From contig CAZQTD010000001.1 in NCBI GenBank assembly GCA_964596355.1, positions 68,446 to 132,445 on the forward strand: a stretch of 64,000 nt of DNA. The letters are read 5' to 3'. A model generated the notes under the pieces. The model saw only the letters and a program-made list of their open reading frames with translations, was not told the origin of the DNA and searched no databases. Shown here piece after piece: positions 58,901-64,000 of the stretch. Numbering within the stretch: the first letter of the stretch is position 1; each line of letters begins with the position of its first letter. The stretch is from an uncultured Gammaproteobacteria bacterium. GTDB taxonomy: Bacteria; Patescibacteriota; Microgenomatia; UBA10105; UBA927. The position numbers and the translations under genes were made by a program.

Positions 58901-61900
58901 AATCAACTGCCGGATGATCCGGCAGAGGTTCACCGGTTGGGGGTAATAGGGCAGTTCTGCGCCACACAACCAAATCCTGCGCAATGCAGAACAGCAAATC
59001 GTACGGTTGAACAGATGGACCAAGTGATTGCAGATGCACAGGCATTTTATGACGCCCTTTATCAGAAATATGTAGAGACGGGTACTGAATCACTGCTAAC
59101 ACTCTTACCGGCTCAATTACAAGATTCGGCTCAATCAGATCGGCACATTCAAGAACTTTACTCTATTGCCGTAGAGTATACCGATCAAGAGCTTATTGAC
59201 CGCTGCACAGCAGGCGCACGTACAGAGAATGCGCTTCAATGGTGTCGAGATGCAGGAAGGATTCGCGCTTCGTATATTAACAGCCTCCCGACTGCCGAAC
59301 TTCGACAACAGGCACAAACCGATAGAAACATATATGTTGCATATCAATCCTATGTGCAAAAAGGAAATAATATTGACCTCAACCAACTTCCTCAAGACAT
59401 GCGTGATGATGCACAACAAGCGCGCGAAGAACAACAGCGGATGGTGGAGCTTGCGCAAGCGTATGCTAATGGAGGGTCTGAGCTGGCTGCTGCCTGTGAT
59501 CAGGAGTTTAGACGATTTTGTACTAATCAAGATTTGGAAGCATTTACCAATCAAATAGAAAGGGTTTTTGGACAAGCGGTAACAGTAGAACTTCAGGCGC
59601 AGCGGCAGCAGAATACCATCGTTCAGCATTCAATAGAAGCGATTCTTAACGGTGATAGAGCAGGAGTTTTATCTGGTTGTGAGGAAATGTTTTCCGGTTC
59701 AGAGCGTGAACGAATGTGCGGCGATAATTTGAATAATTACTATGAATACATTACCGGGTTGTATGAATCCGGACAGGTACAAGAAACCGTTCAGTACGCA
59801 GTTAATAGGCTTCAGGCGTATGAGCGGTACCGTGCCACCCACGACGTTACTTACCATCAATTTGTGACAGAACAAGAAGAGGCGCTCAATGCGATGAGAA
59901 CGAGGCTTCTGAACCTTGGAGCGTATGAACTTGCGCAAGCTCAATGGGAGCGGGGAGAGGTTTTACCTACCGACATGCGTGACGTGGTCGCCGCAAATTC
60001 AAACCTTTTCCGCAATCCAGCAGGATTTTTGGCGATGCAATTCAATAATTTGACCGGCGGCGCGTACCTGCGAAATCGCCTTGGCGAAGGGTATACACAA
60101 GCGCGCGTCGATATGCTTCTTGCCTCCCGAAGCCCTGCAGAACAGGCCGCTGATCTTGCTGCCATTAGGGTGTCAGAAGCGTTTCGTAGTTATATAAGTA
60201 ATAATAAAATTAGTATCACACCCGAAGCGTATCAACGCCAATTGCTTACCGAGTATGTGGAGAACGAACAGGCGCTGCGCGTCCATGGGACAGTAACCGA
60301 CCAGACACAACAAACGTTCCTTAATCTCGTGTTCCGCGGAGATTCTTTAGCGCTGGAGACCGTGCGGGAAGCTCGGCCGACATCGCAGGACAGAGCTGCA
60401 GGTATCGTAAACCGGCTTCCGATTATTTCTAATATCAACAACCTTTTTATCCCCGAGTCAGTACGAGTTGAGCAGCGTAACTGGACAGCAGAACTTATTA
60501 TCCGAGATAGAGAAGGAGCCAATCCGGAAGAGATGGAACACGTACGGCAAAACATTGCCGAGTCAGACACGTTCCAGACATGGTGCGACTATCACAGTGA
60601 CCATTCGTGCAACAATGAGGACGTGCGGGATTTTCAAAAGTACCAGTTGTCTGGCGTGCTGGCGCTGGAAGAAAACTCTCGATATCGGGATGTGTTTGCC
60701 ATGGTGGACACGCAATGGATGCGCGACGCGGCACTCAATGGAACCATGAGTGTCGATGATCTGGAGAGCGCATTAATTCAAGCCCGCATACATGAACAGC
60801 AGGCGAGTGACGATCTCGTTTCACAAGCTGGCAGAAGTGCGGGTGGCATGGGGGCCGCTATCGTACAATCCAGAGCGACACGCATTGCACGGGAAACGTT
60901 CCGCACACAAGTAGCAGATATCTTCTATGATGCGTTTCGAAATAGTTTATCAGAGGAAGAACGGCAACAGCTTGATACTGTCACGAGACAATCTGCATGG
61001 TTTCAGCAGTGGGGGATGGAATCGCCAGGACAGTTCGACGTTGAAGTGTTTCAGAGGCAACAGGCCGAAAGTTTTATGAGGCGTGCTGACGATATAAATC
61101 TTCTGTTAACTGCGGCAAACACGAGGGTAACGTTTGCGGAAGCAATAAGCGGACAGATCAATGCTATCGGCATGGAACAGGCGCTTGACGACCCAAACCT
61201 GATTGTTCAAGCAGCGCTTGGAATTAACCGATTTACCAACGGTTCACTTGTCCGCGGAAGAATCGTGATGACTCAAGGGGCAGAAGATTGGCGGGAAAAC
61301 GGACCAAGCCTTAGAGCGGCGTGGGACGTAACCCGCGGAGCAGTGATGCAAACGGCAAAGCCCGTCGGCGCGGTTCTTGCGGTGGCAATTCCCGGCGGCC
61401 AGCTGGTAGGAGCAGTTGCCAGCGGAGCGTCGGCGGCTGCGCTTGCGCCGGTTGTCATCAGCAGTATCTCAACAGGCGCAGGGGTGTATTTCGCCGGAGA
61501 AAGCACCGCGGCAACAGCAGAAGTCTGCGGAGGGACGAACGTAAATACGATGGAATGCGTTGGATCGGCAACGATGACCGTATTTTCCTGGTCGATTGCC
61601 GCACAGGGGCTAACCGGCCTCGGTCGCACCGCAGCGATTGCGAGAGCAACGGGAAATGCCGGGACAGCGGCAGCAGCGGAAGTTGCAGTAGCAAGCGGCC
61701 AAGCGCTTGCGCAATTCAGTGAGCAAAACGTCCAGCAGATAGAACAGGCCGCAATAGAAGCGATACGCAGGGCAAGCACGCTTTCGCCGCTTCAACAGGC
61801 GTTCGTATCCAGACCTGCGCAGGCAGTGACACAAGCCCTTGGCGCTGCGACGTTCGGCATACAAGCGGCACAGGTATGTTCGCAAGAAGGGTTTACCTCG

Positions 61901-64000
61901 AACTGCCTGTTGACCGGCGCGATGGCTGCAATGTCGATAGCGCACTTGGGAACAGGCATAACACATCCTGCTGTCGCCGAACAGGCAGGATTTCGCGTAG
62001 CCAACGGCATCATAGCCGGCGGCTTTGCTTTAAATGCCTGCGGATTGGGAGCAGAAGGTCCCGGCGGGATAGAACAGTGTAGCTTGGCTATTGCCATGGC
62101 AGTCCCTGCGCTTACGCCGCAGGGACTTATGCGCGGGCCTGAACAGTCTCGCTTATCTCTTGAAAAACTTGAAAGCGAGGTGACGGCTGCAAGAACAGAT
62201 ATCGGCCGGTTGAACCGCGCATCAGAAAGCGAGGAATTCACGATTCTCAAACCTGACGGGAAACAAGAGATCGTTAGACTCAACGAATCAAACAAACCAA
62301 TTATTCAAGCAGGACTGATGCGCAGGTATCAGGCGGCAATGATTGATCTGGGTATTGTGGAGGGCGCAGTGAGCAATGCCCAGCGTATCCTTCGGGACAC
62401 GCCGATAGCAGAAAGAACTGATCTACAGAGACAACTGGCTCGCGCACAGCAGGAGGTAAACACCATGATGGGTGAAGGCGGAAGGCCGCGCGAGGGATTT
62501 AACCAAGAGCAGGTTCGTGCGGCACGAGAACGCCTGCTGATTGCTGCGCTTGCGGCAAACGGAGAATACCTGCTTCTTACAGCACAACCCGCTCGGCAGA
62601 CGCTGGTAGAGCGGGCGATAGCAGGTATCCGGCGCGCACTGGGCATACAGGAATCGGGTGCGGCGCTCGCGTACGAACAAGCCAGGCAAGCGTTCCTGGA
62701 CGTTGCCAGGCATGACGGAGCGGTAACGACGCCGGAATATTTGGAACGATTAACCAACCTTACCGCTGCATACAATGCGCTTCGGCCCAGAGACACCCTT
62801 ACCGTCGGATACCGCAGCGGATCCGCACTTGAGGAAGCAACAGCGGTGGTTCGCGAGATGGAAACTCGTAATGAAAAACAATTTAACACAGCTCAAGAGC
62901 GTCAGGAGTTGATACGAGAAATTGCCCGGCAACTGACTATTGCGCGGGGAGTAGAGGATGTTCCGGTTGATATTCGCCTAGAGATTGAGAGAATTGTTGC
63001 ACAATCGAATAGATTTCGCGAAAAGTTTACCACCTTCAACATGGACGATCAGAATTTCCGCGCAGAAGACAGTGTCTATGAGCTGTGGAGAAAGATCGTC
63101 AACGGTGAAAATCTCGCAAAGGGACAAGATTATTATACGGATTCAGGCTCCGAAGCTTTACAAGTGCGCCAAGAGGCGATGGCGCTTGCCCGCGACGTGT
63201 GGGCGAGGCTTCACCCGGAATTGCCTGCGGCGCAATCATGGATTGCCGCAGGCGTTATCGGCGAGGTTGAAGGCGCGTTCCGATCGATCATTTACGATCG
63301 ATTACGTACTATCGTGGATAAACTCAATAGTGGCGTGGGATTGACCGGACAAACGAGATATGACGATGCTGGCAAGCAGCTCGAAGGTATCGTTAACGAC
63401 CGGGGACAAATCATAGATCAAGCTGTCCGCGAGCGGCTTATTGGTGACATTGCAACGAGATTAGGAGATCGGGTTCCGGTGGAGCAACGTCGGGACATGG
63501 CGCGCCGCATCGTGGAATCATTTGAAGGAATGCTCGGCGCCCACAGGCAGGACATTCTCAATGAAGCGCGAGGGCTCATATCGATTGAAGGAGACGCCAC
63601 CACCACTGACGCGACTATTGCGTTAGGTGATTCAAATACGTTTCAAAGAACCGTTATTGATGTTTCGTCCCAGCGTCAGCGAATGCTTGCTGACGCGCAA
63701 ACGCGGGGACTGGGAGCGTACGAGGTTCCTATTGCCAGACGTCCGGAGTCGCCCGGCGGACCAATCGCTCGGCTTGCGCAGCGGCTGGAGATTCCCGGGC
63801 GCATACAAATACTGCGCGATGCGGCAATTGAAGGACTCTGGGGGACGCTCGATAAGCCCACGCTTCTTAGGCGCATCCTAGATCCCGTTGCAGGAAGAAA
63901 CATTGAACTTGCGGTACTTGGTAATGCAGTGCGCGATGGAACGCTTACCGTGCGCTACGAAGTGACGGAGCTTAATGGCAGTGTAACGTCGTTTAAAGAG
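55937..64000 (+). CDS. Giant membrane-anchored surface protein, >2688 aa, 3'-truncated by window edge
   Basis: ATG at 55937; no closed ORF in this frame appears in the track and the segments I translated are stop-free; TM + QEVRSRA, Gly/Thr linker, Cys-rich modules, hydrophobic block, Cys-free helical tail. Confidence 0.9.
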   Translation, partial: MTTKNTKRYQILKSAGIIQLLPLVLLVGFATTIFVVVGQVVRNRQEVRSRAAINCSMLPPEDKAACLAAKEDEEQNEPTGPSGGGSSTGGTGGTGGIGGTGGTGGTGGTGGTSGGTASFTSEKSQKAKCTDGNTRCHNGIRQFCDGGSWVPAGGTCGAGGTTPAQPTVVETSPATTGCTTGQSRCIDHIRHYCIDGMWQSQGTCDLGTNATPPPVITGEGGHCGQNGYRPCPAGDSCAAGLVSLGGICQPPPAAPPAGQAPVVGNECSGQGSWALGGVIYNCVGGTWSITGVYETPSPAPPADGGGCTDGQTRCTNNVRQLCDGGAWHDVGACTITREIQFVVTPTSITPSTTPPPSGVERGKGRDGRINRRVRSLTPPQQAPVVANVTPTRTPAQQANYMACIDAATSFGQIVACDKNSRRPPTPTAPVEPEQPSGGFGVLLAFDTCIGTPGQTASSCRRYLSTTSTTQPLEPSANDETGASVVDEGGGTPSVPAATTPVAGGAALTSGGELASTVSLGSDIVIHITADPVPQTNLFGPDMVNPVQAGSDAYSACIQGGGDHGGCEAVAREAYIAAERALPAGMWDNPQYQLYKAITNAHNDARAAFVAVQESQGSTFSGDAALDDVTALGQASEALLRAIAQAAAEGATPEELHELALSMASNLGSQVGTDGFANMLASVNSPGPVGGAPAPASAQDLAIDCEGAVTDDCGTLATVGVGANTPDIWDDGVCTVQRQANGLYRNLGCTGAVWGRVDPTGVVIAVYTCAGGQNSCRSNSDGNGICDYGENGSENPNDCLPGVTGGLGLAEQSTGTVNPNYREVDTIEAIRMRNTLQQVLEEHPELVEEHVSSDTSSGENILPAAMIQTALNQLGLTGSAGQLTLEDVYRTYYVDQICQPDDTTCVNAHADTPLADLRIESEAVNLCALRGDTTDSCVSEVIEDFGGNEEELLAAINQQQLSNDRRAACGYAEGGGAVGRQDAAYIACVNQLPDDPAEVHRLGVIGQFCATQPNPAQCRTANRTVEQMDQVIADAQAFYDALYQKYVETGTESLLTLLPAQLQDSAQSDRHIQELYSIAVEYTDQELIDRCTAGARTENALQWCRDAGRIRASYINSLPTAELRQQAQTDRNIYVAYQSYVQKGNNIDLNQLPQDMRDDAQQAREEQQRMVELAQAYANGGSELAAACDQEFRRFCTNQDLEAFTNQIERVFGQAVTVELQAQRQQNTIVQHSIEAILNGDRAGVLSGCEEMFSGSERERMCGDNLNNYYEYITGLYESGQVQETVQYAVNRLQAYERYRATHDVTYHQFVTEQEEALNAMRTRLLNLGAYELAQAQWERGEVLPTDMRDVVAANSNLFRNPAGFLAMQFNNLTGGAYLRNRLGEGYTQARVDMLLASRSPAEQAADLAAIRVSEAFRSYISNNKISITPEAYQRQLLTEYVENEQALRVHGTVTDQTQQTFLNLVFRGDSLALETVREARPTSQDRAAGIVNRLPIISNINNLFIPESVRVEQRNWTAELIIRDREGANPEEMEHVRQNIAESDTFQTWCDYHSDHSCNNEDVRDFQKYQLSGVLALEENSRYRDVFAMVDTQWMRDAALNGTMSVDDLESALIQARIHEQQASDDLVSQAGRSAGGMGAAIVQSRATRIARETFRTQVADIFYDAFRNSLSEEERQQLDTVTRQSAWFQQWGMESPGQFDVEVFQRQQAESFMRRADDINLLLTAANTRVTFAEAISGQINAIGMEQALDDPNLIVQAALGINRFTNGSLVRGRIVMTQGAEDWRENGPSLRAAWDVTRGAVMQTAKPVGAVLAVAIPGGQLVGAVASGASAAALAPVVISSISTGAGVYFAGESTAATAEVCGGTNVNTMECVGSATMTVFSWSIAAQGLTGLGRTAAIARATGNAGTAAAAEVAVASGQALAQFSEQNVQQIEQAAIEAIRRASTLSPLQQAFVSRPAQAVTQALGAATFGIQAAQVCSQEGFTSNCLLTGAMAAMSIAHLGTGITHPAVAEQAGFRVANGIIAGGFALNACGLGAEGPGGIEQCSLAIAMAVPALTPQGLMRGPEQSRLSLEKLESEVTAARTDIGRLNRASESEEFTILKPDGKQEIVRLNESNKPIIQAGLMRRYQAAMIDLGIVEGAVSNAQRILRDTPIAERTDLQRQLARAQQEVNTMMGEGGRPREGFNQEQVRAARERLLIAALAANGEYLLLTAQPARQTLVERAIAGIRRALGIQESGAALAYEQARQAFLDVARHDGAVTTPEYLERLTNLTAAYNALRPRDTLTVGYRSGSALEEATAVVREMETRNEKQFNTAQERQELIREIARQLTIARGVEDVPVDIRLEIERIVAQSNRFREKFTTFNMDDQNFRAEDSVYELWRKIVNGENLAKGQDYYTDSGSEALQVRQEAMALARDVWARLHPELPAAQSWIAAGVIGEVEGAFRSIIYDRLRTIVDKLNSGVGLTGQTRYDDAGKQLEGIVNDRGQIIDQAVRERLIGDIATRLGDRVPVEQRRDMARRIVESFEGMLGAHRQDILNEARGLISIEGDATTTDATIALGDSNTFQRTVIDVSSQRQRMLADAQTRGLGAYEVPIARRPESPGGPIARLAQRLEIPGRIQILRDAAIEGLWGTLDKPTLLRRILDPVAGRNIELAVLGNAVRDGTLTVRYEVTELNGSVTSFKE

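Noticed and set aside
55963-63903. Many short ORFs on both strands in the last 8 kb
   Set aside because: They are shadow frames of the single giant ORF starting at 55937.

Overview
This is a chromosomal segment of a standard-code bacterium. Gene content and organisation suggest a Patescibacteria/CPR genome, probably Microgenomates group (inference): archaeal-type pyrH, ATP-dependent DNA ligase, PaaX/Cas2-like gene, DUF2079/DUF2298 membrane proteins, QxxRSRA-anchored secreted protein, intron-bearing unlinked 23S. It carries housekeeping genes (recF, pth, trxA/B, gdhA, rpsA, radA, rho), a copper/redox cluster, and a tRNA-Ala–23S–5S unit with no 16S. The 23S has three hairpin IVSs and two group I introns (L1917 with a LAGLIDADG gene, L2593 without one). 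Also present are two more tRNA-Ala genes, a REP-flanked GIY-YIG cassette, three promoter/terminator-bounded transcripts with no convincing ORF, and a >2,688-aa giant protein running off the right edge, which the ORF track missed. The most striking unexplained structure is a dispersed family of degenerate 7-, 8- and 9-bp tandem arrays, often as inverted pairs. They flank an intact four-helix-bundle (Avd/IVS-protein-like) gene, flank a truncated copy of such a gene inside the L2593 intron, build the 23S IVSs, and sit in-frame in about ten protein genes. This looks like a four-helix-bundle cassette plus its empty MITE-like derivatives.
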